64,000 nt of DNA from Malacoraja senta (lineage: Eukaryota), in NCBI GenBank assembly GCA_038087875.1, contig CM076000.1:124001-188000 (forward strand), read 5' to 3'. The position numbers were made by a program, and so were the translations under genes. How positions within the stretch are numbered: the stretch's first letter is position 1; the number at the start of each line of letters is the position of its first letter. The notes beneath the pieces were generated by a model that had not been told where the DNA came from, ran no database searches, and worked only from the letters and a program-made list of their open reading frames with translations. Positions 36,986-50,826 of this stretch are shown in pieces.

Positions 36986-37902
36986 TAAACTTAAATATTG
37001 AGGATCGAAGTTGATCGCTCAGTGAGTGACAAGCACTCATCAATTTCTGAATTAACAAAAGTTTGCAAAGGAGAGGTAACCAGCAAGAAAAAAACGAGGA
37101 AGACAGTCAAGAGTGTTTTATTGTCATATGTCCCAAACCGCACAATGAAATTCTTACTTGCGGCAGCACAACAGAATATATAAACATAGTACACTGTAAA
37201 CAATATCATAAACAAAAAGTTACATACACGCACATAAAACAAACAAATGATAACAGTAAGACAGATATGAATTAGTCTTTTGAAGAATATTAATCTGTTT
37301 CTATCCTTGTAGAGGCATGGATGGGCCATGCACTTTAAATTATTGGTTTTACATGTTTTATACCTGTAAAAACCAGCAATCATATAATGTTACCAAAGGG
37401 TGGCTTGGCGATTTTTCACAGGGAAAGTCATCTCAACCACTTCCTCCACTGGCTGAAGACCTTTTCCATGGCTAGCAGCGTGGATTTTGAACATGATTTT
37501 TACCTCAAAACAATTCCAAGGAAAAAAGCACGGATTTGCAGGGGAATAAAACTACCAATCCAAGGTACGATTTAGACACAAAATGCTGGAGTAACTCAGC
37601 GGGACAGGCAGCATCTCAGGAGAGAAGGAATGGGTGACGTTTCGGGTCGAGACCCATCTTCAGACTAATTCAGACGGTAGGTACGATTTAATTATATTAA
37701 CTAACAAACGAATGTAATGTTTTTTTTCTCCATTGACTGTGGTTTAACAGATGTGTGTGGCCATTTATATTGTACCAGGGTCTTATTGTCTCGTCTACAA
37801 TTATTATTGTAGACAAGACATTTCTTCCCAGTTGTTATTAGGCAATTGAACCGTCCTGTCATCAGATAGTGTGGTCCTGACCTCCCATCTACCTCATTAA
37901 CA

Positions 37903-38624
37903 GGTGGCGTCGCGCGATGGCAGCCGTGCCAACGCTCTGTCTGTCTTTCCTTTTTGTTGTTGTTATTTTTAGTGTGTTTTAAAAGTATATGTTAATGTTC
38001 TCTGGTTTGTTTTATGTGGGGGGTGGGGGAGGGGGTCAGGGGAAACATTTTTTCAATCTCTCACCTTGCCGGAGATGCGATTGTTTCCCGGATCGTATCT
38101 CCGGTCGCTGTGCAGCCTAACATCATGGAGCTGGAGGCCTTGCCCGAGACTGACTTTGAGCCCCACCGAGGGGCTGTGGACTTGGCATCGGAGCCTGCGA
38201 TCCCTTGCCTGGGATCGATGCTCCAACCGCGGCCTGCGGATTTCAACATCGAGAAGGATTTCAACATCGCAGGAGGCTCGACCAGCCCCGACCCGGGTCC
38301 GATCGCGGGGAGCTGAGATCCCCCTGATGCGGGAGCTTGATCACCCCGATGCGGCCCGACCGCCGGCTACGGGAGCCAAGATTGCCCCGACAACGGAAGG
38401 CTCGAAGCCACCCCGAGGACAAAGAAGGGAAGAGGTTGAACTTTGTTTCCACCTTCCACCACAGTGAGGAATGTGGAGGAGTCACTGTGGTGGATGGTTA
38501 TGTTAGAATGTATTTTGTGTGGTTTGTTGCTTTTTATTGGTATGACTGTATGGCAAATCAAATTCCTCATATGTTGCAAAACATATTTGGCTAATAAAGT
38601 ATGATTTATGATGATTATGATTAT
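37903..38624 (+). mobile_element. GC-rich non-autonomous retroelement
   Basis: Similar along its length to 47434-48197; 13-bp 3' stem-loop, AATAAA and (ATGATT)n tail; no credible ORF. Confidence 0.75.
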
Positions 38625-40214
38625 AGACCTTTGAACTTTCTTTAATTGGACTTTATCGGACTTCTTTGTTATGTCTTTGCACTAAATGTTGTGCCCATTA
38701 TCCGTTATCTTTGCACTGTGGACGGTTTGATTGTCTTCATGTGTAGTCTTTTTTACTGGAGAGCACATGATCAAAAGCTTTTGTCTCGGTACATGTGACA
38801 AAAATAATAAACCTAACTAACTAATCTGAAGAGTCTGAAGAAGGGTCTCGACCCGAAATGTCACACATTCCTTCGTTCCCGAGATACTGCCTGTCCCACT
38901 GAGTTGCTCCAACATTTTGTATCTAACTAAATTAAAAGGTGCCTACTGCATTGGTCAGTTGGGACAGAAAAATTAGCCAGGGTGGCCACTGTAGGTTGCT
39001 CCTTCTAATTGTGTACATCTTAAGTGAAGACCATGGAGGCTCACCCATCATGCTAAACATACTTCAATGGTTCAATAGAGCTTTATTTGCCACATAAGCA
39101 ACTGCAGAGTGAAATTCTTTTTGCATCTATTACACATGCAGGCACCGGCAGTATTCAAAGTCCAATGTCCGGTCGGCGCGCGCGCTCGATGTACTGAAGC
39201 AGTTGCCGTGAACCGACGTCCCTCTACTCTCCTCGCCCGGCCACCTTTGTGTCCCGGGGCCACCTCTTGCAGCTGACCCTGAAGGTGCTGGAGGCATCAC
39301 CCCAGCTCACCTTCCCACCGGCCCTTGCTCCTTGCGTCCGACCTTCCTGATTAGTACGGGTGTCAGAGGTTATGGGGAGAAGGCAGGAGAATGGGGTCGG
39401 GAGGGAGGGATGGATTCGTCATGATTGAATGGCGGAGTAGACTTGATGGGCTGAATGGCCTAATTCTACTCCTATCACTTATGACCTTGTGACCTCCAGC
39501 TCCCACCCGGTTACGCCGTCCGACGAGCCTTCGGGCGGGTTCCTAGTCCCACCGACTGACGAGCCTTCGGGAGGGTCCTGATGACCGACAAGCCAGCACC
39601 TTATAGAAACCAACAGCTACAATGAAAGAACCTGTGCCATCAGTAAATGAAAGGAGGGAAGAAACCCAGAGGAACAATGTTTACACATCAATATCCTGAC
39701 CGTAGACATGCTGCTACAAAATAATAATCTGTTTCTAGACCATCTTGAAAATCCGCATTCTGTCGATTCATGTCTTTGGATGTTGAGAGATTCTCCCTCC
39801 AGTCTGGATCACATTGTATAGCTTGCTGTCGCAGTTGTAGAAATAGATGCACAGCTATTAAACTAGATAGTGTTTAAATGGGTTGGTTTTGGACACATCC
39901 TGAGAACAAATGGACAGCCTTTTATTATCTGACTAGACGCCATTGTATTGTCATAATAATAATAATAATAATTTATTATACTTATGGGCGCCTTTCAAAG
40001 ACTCTCAAGGACGCCTTACAAATTTTACAGTAGAAACATGTCATGGTTAATTATGTTTGGCTTGTATAGTTCAGGAAGTTCAGTTATTATTTATAGTTTA
40101 GAATTTGGTCCCATTTTGTGTCAACTCGCTTTTGCACGAATAGCATCAAAATCTGACAAGATGATGCAGACTTCTAATTTGGAACAATATTTAGCATTTA
40201 ACATTTTGTTCCTT

Positions 40215-40865
40215 AAGTGGCGTCACAGGTTGATAGGGTGGTCAAGAAGGCTTTCGGCTCATTGGCCTTCATCAGTCAGAGTATTGAGTATAGAAGTTGG
40301 GAGGTTTTGTTACCATTGTACAAGACATTTGTGAGGCCAGCCATGCAGTATTGTGTTCAGATTTGGTCACCCTGGTTATAGGGGAAGTATGTTGTTCAGC
40401 TGGGAAGGGTGCAGTGAAGAATTATGATGATGTTGCCAGGACTCGAGGGCAGAGCTATAGGGAGGTTGAGCAGGCCAGGACTTTATTCTTTGGAACGCAG
40501 GAGGATGAGGGATGATCTTATAGAGGTGTATAAGATCTTGAGAGGAACAGATAGGGTTTTACAGAGACTTTTACTCGGAGGACATAGGTTTAAGGTGAGG
40601 GAGGAAAGATTTAATAGGAACCTGTGGAGCAACTTTTTTTTACACAAAACTTGGTGGTGGTGGGTGTATGGAACAAGCTGCCAGAGGAGGTAGTTAATGC
40701 AGGTACTATCACAATGTTTAAAAAACATTTGGACAGGTACATGGGAATAGTTTAGAAGGATCTGGGCCAAACACAGGCATGTAGACTACCGTAGATGGGG
40801 CATATTGGTTGGTGTGGACAAGTTGGGCCGAACGGCCTGTTTCCACACTGTAGTACTATGACTCT
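40215..40865 (+). mobile_element. CR1 LINE 3' portion
   Basis: GLYSLERRRMRDDLIEVYKI motif and CR1 3'UTR. Confidence 0.8.
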
Positions 40866-41354
40866 ATTTTAAGCAGTGTAAATAATGCAAGTATTATTAA
40901 AAAGTCAAACATTATCCTTGTGGTTTAAATGGAATATTGATTTAGCCATTAAGTAAATCAGACATTACATGAACGAATAATCTGCAACATCGTGATGGAT
41001 GCTACAGAATTGTAGAATCATACAACAGGGAAACAGGCCCTTCAGCCCAACTTGGTGATGTTATGGTTCGGGACCAAAAACACAACAAGACCTATCCATG
41101 TTCTCCAGAGATGCTGCCTGACCCGCTGAGATACTCTTTTTTGGCAAACCAGTATCTGCAGTTACTTGTGCCAATCCAACCATTCCTCATAGCTAACACC
41201 TTCTCATCCAGGTAGACAAAAAATGCTGGAGAAACTTTTAGATAGCCCTTGCTTTCTCCCTCCTTCCCCTCCCCTTCCCCAGTTCTCCCACAAGTCCTAC
41301 TATCTCCGCCTACGTCCTTCTTCACCCCCCCCCCCGTCTCCCCCCGACATCAGT

Positions 41355-41382
41355 CTGAAGAAGGGTCTCGACCCGAAACGTC
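41355..41382 (+). ncRNA. Minimal hammerhead-ribozyme core in a Penelope terminal repeat (representative copy)
   Basis: CTGAAGA-A-[GGGTC tc GACCC]-GAAA-CGTC. Recurs, with variants, more than ten times on both strands. Confidence 0.6.
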
Positions 41383-41670
41383 GCCTATTCCTTCTCTTCA
41401 TAGATGCTGCCTGTCTCGCTGAGTTTCTCCAGCATTTTTTGTCTACCTTCGATTGTTCCAGCATCTGCAGTTCCTTCTTAAACCTTCTAATCCAGGCAGC
41501 ATTCCAGTAAACATGGACACAAAATGCTGGAGTAACTCAGCAGATCAAGCAGCATCTCTGGATAAAACAGGATAGGTGACGTTTTAGGTCAGGATCCTTC
41601 TTCAGACTGGACTACAGAGATGCTGCCTGACTTGCTGAGTTACGCCAGCACTTTGCGTCTTCCTTTGGTG

Positions 41671-41910
41671 TCAAGTCAAGTCACATTTATTTATATAGCA
41701 CATTTAAAAAACAACTCTCGTTGGCCAAAGTGCTTTACATTTGTTATAGGAATAGCACAAACAAAACAAACTACATACATATATACATGTCGCCCTCACA
41801 GAGGACGTCAGGAAAGGCTTGGGAGTATAGATAAGTCTTTAGTCTTGACTTAAATGAGTCGATGGAGGGGGCAGTTCTGATGGGAAAGGGGATGCTGTTC
41901 CACAGTCTAG
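41671..41910 (-). mobile_element. L2 LINE 3' end
   Basis: Reverse complement of the 3'UTR and (TTGAC)n tail of the L2 at 55728-56580. Confidence 0.8.
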
Positions 41911-42511
41911 GGGTGTAAACCAGCCTTTGGAGTTCCTTGTTTCTACTGCATTCTGGTAAACCTTTTCAGAAATGTTATTACCCTTTAGATGAAAATGGCT
42001 GCACTGTCCATACATCTAACTCTCTAAGATTTTGTTACGTGTGATTTCAACTTTCACTGCAGTGAACATTAGGCTTGTTCTAATTGCTGGAATGAAGGCT
42101 GAACCATTCTACACATGGACTGTAGGGCTGCTCATGTCTGCATGCTCCAAACTCTGAGAAATGATGGGCTCACTTTACTGTTTTATACATGGTCGTGTGG
42201 TATCATTGCAAAACCTGTAATTCATTTGATCCCCTGTGTGGTTAGATTGAATCTTTTTTGATCATCGCTGCGGTCAGATGCATCTTTAGCGTGAGTATCT
42301 GAGCAATTTTAAAAGCAGAATGTAAAGATTTGAGAGGGAGGTGAAAGCAAAAATGATAAAGTAGTGAATATGCACCATTTAAGTTGTTGACTTTCAGACA
42401 TGTACAGGCAGTTTAACCTGGCATCATATCCAGCACAGACATTATGGGCTGAAGGGCCTGTTCCTGTGCTGTACTGCTCTGTGTTCTATGTAGCACTTCT
42501 CCTGATGTATC

Positions 42512-42931
42512 TAATGGGCCTGTCCCACTTAGGCGATTTTTTAGGTGACTAGGCTGTCGCCACATGGTCGCCGGGATGTCGCCTGTACGGTCGTGAGTCG
42601 TCTCCTCAGTCGCCCAAAGAGTCGTAGCGTCTTTCTGGTCGCTGCTGGATTTTCAACATGTTGAAACATTTTCGGTGACAGTGGGTTTGACGCCAATGAG
42701 CGTAGCTTGACTTCTCCTGACGTAGGTGCTGTCGTAGGTTGTTGCCAGGTTAACGTAGGTTGTCGCCGGTGCTGACCGTTTTTGTTGTTGTTATAGTGAT
42801 GAATCTTACATAGACAATTTCACATTTTATGTCGTAGGGTGGGTCCAGTCACCGTTATTTTGGCGACCTGCTACGACTATGACAGTCGCCGGCAGTCGCC
42901 TAAAAAATCGCCCTGTGGGACAGGCCCATTA
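42512..42931. mobile_element. MITE with TIRs TAATGGGCCTGTCCCAC (PIF/Harbinger-like, tentative)
   Basis: TAATGGGCCTGTCCCAC..GGCGATTTTTTAGG and CCTAAAAAATCGCC..GTGGGACAGGCCCATTA; CpG-rich interior with GTCG repeats. Confidence 0.85.
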
Positions 42932-44140
42932 GCCCTTTTTTGGTTCGCACACAAGGAACTACAGATGCTGGTTTAAATCAAAGATAGACACAGAATGCTG
43001 GAGTAACTCAGCGGGACAGGCAGCATCTCTGGAGAAAAGGAATGGGTGATGTTTTGGATCGAGACCCTTCAGACTGAATGTAGTGAAGGAGAGAAACCTG
43101 GAAAAGAGGCAGCAGTAGGCCAAAGCCTGGCAAGTGATAGGTGGATACAGGGGAAGGGTGTTTTTGATTAGCAGATGGGTGGACAAAAGGCTAGAGATAA
43201 AAAGGGGACCAAAGGGTGACGCCTGAAGGAGACTAAAAGGGCATCACGGTGGTGCAATGGTAGAGTTGCTGCCTTGCAGAGCCAGAGACCTGAGTTTGGT
43301 CCTGACTACGGATGCAGTCTGTACGGAGTTTGTACATTCCTGTGATCCCATCTCCAATTAGATAGAAGGTAGCTCAAGACCGCTCTCTAGTTGGTGATAG
43401 GATGATAACAGCTGGGAAGAAACTGTCCCTGAACCTGGAGGTAGATAAAAATGCTGGAGAAACTCAGCGGGTGAGGCAGCATCTATGGAGCGAAGGCCTA
43501 TTACCTTCGCTCCATAGATGCTGCCTTACCCGCTGGGTTTCTCCAGCATTTTTGTCTACCTTCCAGCATCTGCAGTTCCTTCTTAAACACTGAATCTGGA
43601 GGTGTGCGTTTTCACAGTTCTGCACCACTTCCCTGATGGGAGAGGGGAGAAGAGGTAGTGGCCAGGGTGAGACTGGTCCTTGATTATGCTGCTGGCCTTG
43701 CCGAGGCAGCGTGAAGTGTAGATGAAGTCAATGGAAGGGAGGTTGGTTTGCGTGATGGTCTGGGCAGCATAGCGATCATTCATGGACTGTATCTGCAGGG
43801 GCATGGCATTGAGAGAGTGGCAATATTTTAAAAATCGCTGTACTTTTAAAAGGCAGGCAACTTTTTGATGGAATTAATAACAATGGTTGGAGATCTCTCT
43901 GACAGTACCCAGAGGTGACATTATTAATTGGAGGTGAATTAAATGTCAGGAAAGCTATGTAAAAATAAGAACGCTGACAGTACTCGAGGTTGGGAGGTAT
44001 CTATAGAGACAAACAAAATGGATGACCTTTTATCCATGCTGGTAAAGGTTAATTGAACTAAAATATTAACCCTAGTCCTCCCTTAGGTATGTATGAGTGG
44101 ATGAGTTTGTTTATCAAAGCAGAGATGAAGGTAATTGGAT

Positions 44141-44472
44141 GGTACAGTGGTGCAGCGGTAGAGTTGCTGCCTTGCAGCGCCAGAGACCAGGGTTCGATCC
44201 TGACTGCGGGCCAGAGACCAGGGTTCGATCCTGACTGCAGGTGCTGTCTGTACAGAGTTGGTACGTTCTCCCTGCAACCTTGTTGGTTTTCTCCGGGTGC
44301 GCCGGTTTCCTCCACACTCCAAAGACGTGCAGGTTTATAGGTTAGTTGGCTTCTGTTAAATTGCCCCTGGGGTGCAGGGTAGAACTAGTGTACGGGTGAC
44401 CGCTGGTCGGAACGGACTCGGTAGGGCCGAAGGGCCTGTTTCTACGCTGTATCTCTGAACGAAACCAAACTA
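44141..44472 (+). mobile_element. V-SINE (HE1-like) with duplicated B box
   Basis: GCCAGAGACCAGGGTTCGATCCTGACTGC occurs twice with a 31-bp period. Confidence 0.85.
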
Positions 44473-44999
44473 ATTATTGTTGAGTTTGATGCTGAAGGCC
44501 ACTCCTTGGGCTCTGATCCAGTTCCCATGTTTGATTCAGACTGTGCCAAACATTGAGAGCTGTTGAGAGATGGGCCTTCGATATGACATTCAATCCATCA
44601 CCTAAACCTTTATATCATCAACACCATCCCTACCTATTTTAGGACATCTGCTTTGTGAATACATGTAAAATGATGCCAACGCGTAGAGAGCCAGAAACCT
44701 TTTTCCCCAAAGTGGAAATGTCAAAGACTAGAGGGTATAGTTTTCAGATGAGTGGGGTAATATTTAACGGAGGTGAGCGGGGTAAAGTTTCTACACACAG
44801 GGTGGTGGGTGACTAGAAGGCTCTGCCAAGGGGTGGTAATGGATCATATATGTATGATAGTGCCATGAATATTTTACATAAGAACGTAGATATGCAGGGA
44901 ATGGAGAGATATATATCGCATGCAGGCAGAGGAGATTAGTTTAACTTGGCATCATGATTGATATGCACAATGAGGGCTGAAGGGCCTGTTCCTGTGTTT

Positions 45000-45290
45000 A
45001 GATTGTTTAGAGATACCGTGCGGAAACTGGCCCTTCGGCGCCGACCAGCGATCCCCGCACACTAACACTGTCCCACACACACACTTCCAATTTACATTTA
45101 CACCAAGCCAATTAACCTACGAACCTCTATGCCTTTGATGTGTGGGAGGAAACCAAAGATCTCGGAGAAAACCCACGCAGGTCACGTACAAACTCCGTAC
45201 AGACAGCGCCTGTGGTCGGGATCGAACCCGGAACTCTGGCGCTGCAAGCGCTGTAAGGCAGCAACTCTACCGCTGCGCTACGGTGCCGCC
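45000..45290 (-). mobile_element. V-SINE (HE1-like)
   Basis: Reverse-strand A/B boxes and tail; another copy at ~46739-47040 (-). Confidence 0.8.
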
Positions 45291-45949
45291 CGTGTGCTGT
45301 GCTGTTCTATGTACTTTATTCATCCTCAAATGCAGACACAAGGGGACTAAAATGCCTTCTTCCTGAATAATTCCCAGCACAGGCATGGGTGATAACTTCA
45401 GATTAAGTTAGAGCTGAGTACATTGTTTCCAGTCCTCTGTGGCAGTTTCTGCATGGCCTTGGTGCTGCTCGGAGTGACGGTTAGTGGTATGATTGTATCG
45501 GAAAGGATTCTTATGCTGGAAATATCCTTGGCCTTGATCTTGAACAAAAATGAGAAGGTTTTGTAGAATCATATGTCTTCCGTACAATCTGAAACTTCTT
45601 CAGTCAAATTCCTGGAATAATTTAGTCCCTTTTTAAACAGATTGACCAAGAGTAATCCAATGAGTCATGTTGGGGCTTTATAAAGTGAATGTCATATAAA
45701 GGGAAGGTAGACAAAAATGCTGGAGAAACTCAGCGGGTGAGGCAGCATCTATGGAGCGAAGGAATAGGTGATGTTTCGGGTCGAGACCCTTCTTCAGATA
45801 AAGGGGATACTTTTCCTCAGAGCAAGTGTCTTGTGGGTTGCAGTTGTAATTGGAATTCTTATCCAATTTGTTCAAGATAGGGCAATAAATATAATTAAAA
45901 ATATAAATGTAAATAAAGGCACAGTTTCTAATTATTTAAATAGTTCATA

Positions 45950-46435
45950 AGTATTAGTAGCAGAATTAGGCCATTTGGCAGAATTAGGCCACTGACATTC
46001 AATGATGGCTGATCTGTCTTTCCCTCTCAACCCCATTCTCCTGCCTTCTCCCCATAATCTTTGACGTCCTTATTAATCAAGAATCTGTCAATCTCCGACT
46101 TAAAAATATCCATTGACTAGGCCTCCACAGCCGTCTGTGGTAATTAATTCCACAGATTCACCGCCCTCCTCATCTCCTTTCTAAAGGTACGTCCTTTTAT
46201 TCCGAGGCTACAGCCTCTGGTCCGAGACTCTCCCACTTGTGGAAACATCCTCCTCGCATCCACTCTTTCACTATTCGTTAAGTTTCAGTGAGGTCCCACC
46301 TCAATCACGCGGGAGCTTATTGCTTTTGCATTTACACATTTATCAAAAGACAATGTTATTAAATTTAGACTAAATTTCAATGAGGTCCCCCCTCATGCTT
46401 CTGAACTCGAGCGAGTACAGGCCCAGTGCCTTCAA
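45950..46435 (-). mobile_element. CR1 LINE 3' fragment(s)
   Basis: Reverse complement of a CR1 ORF2 end and 3'UTR. Confidence 0.7.
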
Positions 46436-47433
46436 AGGCACAGCAAATTGTCATCTTGTTTCAACATGTTTTTAACTAATTCAAAGATTTTAATGCACAA
46501 AAAAAGAAAACCAAGCTGGCTAAAATTTGCTCATTTTGAAAATGAACAAGTCTATGTGTCGAAATTTTTATCTGAAAGTGAAATTTAAAATGTGTTCATA
46601 AGGTGGCAGTGAAAGACCATGTATGAAATGGTAGGATTTTGTTTCTCTTGTTTCTTCCCTGGTTCATAGTTTGACCACTAGGTATGCTGCCCGCTCTTCT
46701 GCAGAACAGACTTTATGCATCAGCATAGTAAGCCGATTCTAGTTTAGTTTAGAGATACAGCGCGGAAACAGGCCAATTGGGCCCACCGAGTCCGCACCGA
46801 TCCCCGCACATTAACACTGCTCTACACACACTAGGTTTAACTTTACACTTATACCAAGCTAATTAACCTACAAACCTGTGCGTCTTTGGATTGTGGGAGG
46901 AAACCGAAGGTCTCTGAGAAAACCCACGCGGTCACGGGGAGAACGTACAAACTCCGTACAGACAAGCACCCATAGTCAGAATCACACCCGAGTCTCTGGC
47001 GCTGTAAGTCAGTAGCTCTACCACTGCGCCACCGTGCTGCCCTAATATGGTTATAGAAACATGGAGTCAAACAGTATGGAAACAGGCCTTCAACCCCCAA
47101 ATCCACGCTGACCATCAAAAATCCACTTACATTAAATACCCATTTTTATTCTTCCCAGAGCGCCCAGCTTTGGAATAAAGGGACGTACCTCTAGAAAAGA
47201 GCTGAGGAGGAATTTCTTTAGCTAGAGGGTGGCGAATCAGTGGAATTCATTGCCACAGACGGAGGCCATCTTTGGGTATTTTTAAAGCGGAGATTGACAG
47301 GTTCTTGATTGGTAAGGACGTCAAAGGTTATGGGGAGAAAGCAGGACAATGGGGTTTGAGAGGGAAAAGTAGACCAGCCATGATTGAATGGCGGAGTAGA
47401 CTTGATGGGCCAAATGGCCTAATTCTGCTCCTA

Positions 47434-48197
47434 GGGGGCACTGATGATGTCAGCCTCGCCAAAAGTCTGTCTTTTTGTCTTTTTGTTGTTATTTTTAATG
47501 TGTTTTAAAAGTTTGTTTTAATCTTCTCTGGTTTGTTTTATGTGGTGGTTGGGGAAGGGGGTCGGGGGAAACTTTTTTTCAATCTCTTTCCTTGCTGGAG
47601 ATGCGATTATTTTCCGGTTCGTATCTCTGGTCGCTCTGTGGCCTAACATCATGGAACCGGCGGCTTTGCTCGAGACTGACTTTGAGCCCCACCGCGGGGG
47701 CGTGGACTTACCATCGGAGCCTGCAATTCCTTGCCCGTGATCGACGCTCAAACCGCAGCCTGCGGATTGCACCATCGGGAGCTCGCAGTTTTGGGTTGAG
47801 ACCGTAGATGTCGGGAGCTCCAACGACGCAGAAGGTTCGACCAGCCCCGACCCGGGGTCGGATCGCCCGGTGCGGGGTAGCTAAGAATCCCCCCCCCCCC
47901 CCCAATGCAGGAGCTTGATTGCCCCCACGCGGAGGGCCCGAATGCCTCCGGCTAAGGAAGTCAAGATCGTCCCGTCAACGGAAGGCTCGAGGCCCCCAAC
48001 CGCGGGAGGGCAAAGAAGGGAAGAGATTGAATTTTTTTTCGCCTTCTATCACAGTGAGGAATGTGGAGGAGTCACTGTGGTGGATATTTCTGTTAAAATA
48101 TATTTTGTGTGTTCTGTTGCTTTTTATTAGTATGACTGTATGGCAAATGAAATTCCTCGTATGTTGCAAAACGTACTTGGCTAATAAAGTAAGTATG
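47434..48197 (+). mobile_element. GC-rich non-autonomous retroelement
   Basis: Homologous to 37903-38624; ends TGGCTAATAAAGTA. Confidence 0.75.
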
Positions 48198-48492
48198 AAC
48201 TTATGATGAACTTAGTGATCATATGACTTCGCCATATTGAAAGTAAAGTTTCTGTTCTGTATTCTTTTGCATCTTTGACATTTACTGAATTGGTTTTTAA
48301 ATTTTTGTCTGCCTTAGAGTACCTCTTGTGAGTGGCTTGTTCATGAGGCCCAATATTGTAGGCAGCTTGGAGACAACCTCCCACATCCCAGAGAACCGGA
48401 GAAAGCCCACTCGGTTACAGGGAAAACACACAGACAGCACCAAAGGTTAGGATTGGACTCTGGTTACTGGTTACTGGCCCTAAGAAGCAACA

Positions 48493-48895
48493 ATAGACAA
48501 ACAATAGACAATAAGTGCAGGAGTAGGCCATTCGGCCCCGAGCCAGCACCGCCATTCAATGTGATCATGGCTGATCATCCCCAATCAGTACCCCGTTCCT
48601 GCCTTCTCCCCATATCCCCTGACTCTGCTATATTTAAGAGCCCTATCTAGCTCTCTCTTGAAAGTATCCAGAGAACCGGCCTCCACCGCCCTCTGAGGCA
48701 GAGAATTCCACAGATTCACAACTCTCTGTGTGAAAAAGTGTTTTCTCGTCTCCATTCTAAATGGCTTACCCCTTATTCTTAAACTGTGGCCCCTGGTTCT
48801 GGACTCCCCCAACATCGGGAACATGCTTCCTGCCTCTAGTGTGTCCAAACCCTTAACAATCTTATATGTTTCAATAAGATACCCTCTCATCCTTC
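48493..48895 (-). mobile_element. Young CR1 LINE 3' end
   Basis: ORF ..TRGHSLRIRG..FFTQRVVNLWNSLP..FKRELD and (ATTGTCT)n tail. Confidence 0.88.
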
Positions 48896-49364
48896 CAACA
48901 GCTCACCTTGAGTTGTTAGTTATTAGTTGTTAAACACCTTCAAAACAGGATTGCCTTGGATTGCCTTGCCGAAATACCATAATACAAAAACTTATGTCTG
49001 AAGAAGGGTCCTGATCTGAAATGCGGCTGTCCATTTTCCTCCACAGATGCTGCCTGAGCCACTAAGTTCCTCAGCACTTTGTTTTTTCACTAATACATAA
49101 ACTTTGTAATCAGCTGTGTCTATCCTATTAGTATGATTTCCTTTTCTAGCGACATCAGTTTAGTTTATTGTCACGTGTACCGAGATACAGTGAAAAGCTT
49201 TGACTGACTACTTTTAAATAATCTAATCTGTACAGCTATTTTTACGGATACAGGTTGATATTGTTCACTGTTAATGCTGTGAAGTGACAGTCTAGCTGTT
49301 AAAGGGCCTGATATTGAAAGAACTTAACTTCAGGAGAGTAAAACACAAAATGCTGGAAGAACTC

Positions 49365-50195
49365 CAAGTAAGCATGCAGGTGCAGCAGGCAGTGAAGAAA
49401 GCTAATGGCATGTTGGCCTTCATAATGAGAGGATTTGAGTATAGGACCAAAGAGGTCCTTCTGCAGTTCTACGTGGCCCAAGTGAGACCACACCTGGAGT
49501 ATGGTGTGCAGTTCTGGTCTCCTGATTTGAGGAAGGGCATTCTTGCTATTGAGGGAGTGCAGCGTAGGTTCACGAGTTTAATTCCCGGGATGGCGGGACT
49601 GTCATAGGATGAAAGAATTGAACGACTGGGCTTGTATTCACTGGAATTTAGAAGGATGAGAAGATATATTATAGAAACATGTAAAACTATTAAGGGTTTA
49701 AGATGGAACTGCAGATGCTGGAAAATCGAAGGAAGACAAAAAGCTGGAGAAACTCAGCGGGTGAGGCAGCATCTATGGAGCGAAGGAAATAGGCAACGTT
49801 TCGGGTCGAAACCCTTCTTCAGACTCTATTAACTATTAAGGGACTGGACCCACTAGATGCAGGAAACATGTTCCCGATGTTGGGGGAGTCCAGAACCAGG
49901 ACCCACAGTTTAAGAATAAGAGGTAGGCCATTTAGAACTGAGATGCGGAAAAAACGTTTTCACCCAGAGTGTTGTGAATTTGTGGAATTCTCTGCCTCAG
50001 AAGACAGTGGAGGCTGGATGCATTCAAAAGAGAGTTAGATGGAGCTCTCGGGGCTAGTGGAATCAAGGGATAAGGGGAGAAGGCAGGAATGGTGCACTGA
50101 TTGTGGATGATCAGCCATGATCACATTGAATGGCGGTGCTGGCTCAAAGGGCCGAATGGCCCACTCCTGCACCTATTTTCTATGTCTCTATGTAT
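49365..50195 (+). mobile_element. CR1 LINE 3' portion interrupted by a Penelope terminal repeat
   Basis: QAVKKANGMLAFI..RPHLEYGVQFWSP. The insert is flanked by the direct repeat AACTATTAAGGG (49685-49696, 49831-49842). Confidence 0.85.
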
Positions 50196-50826
50196 CTATA
50201 ACTCAGCGGGTCAGGCAGTATGTCTGAAGGGAATGAATAGACGATGTTTCGGGTTGGGACCCTTCTTCAGACAGATTGCCGATCTGGACTACACCCATAG
50301 CTTATGAAAGGATCACACCTTAGTCTGATAACATTGGGGAAGAAGCTGTTCCTGAATCTGGTGCTTTCAAGCTTTTCTGTCTTCTGCCCATTGGGAGTGG
50401 GGAGATGAGGGTACGACCAGTGTGTAAATGAGCCATGATTAAGTTGGCTGCTTTTGGAGTTGATGGTGGGGAGTTTGGTAACATAGAAACATAGAAAATA
50501 GGTGCAAGAGTAGGCCATTCGGCCCTTTGAGCCAGCACTGCCGTTCAATATGATCATGGCTGATCATCCAATGTCAGTACCCTGTCCCTGCTTTCTTCCC
50601 ATATCCTTTGATTCCATTAGCCCTAAGAGCTAAGTCTATCTCTCTCTTGAAAACATCCAGTGAATTGGCCTCCACTGCCTTCTGCATGTAAAATGGCGAT
50701 GCCTGATATAATAAAGAATAAAACGCTTCATTGTGAATGCTACTGGAGAATATTACACCCAATGAATGTGCAAGAGGTCGAGTTGTTGCCTTACAGCGCC
50801 AGAGATCCGGGTTTGATCCCGACTTT

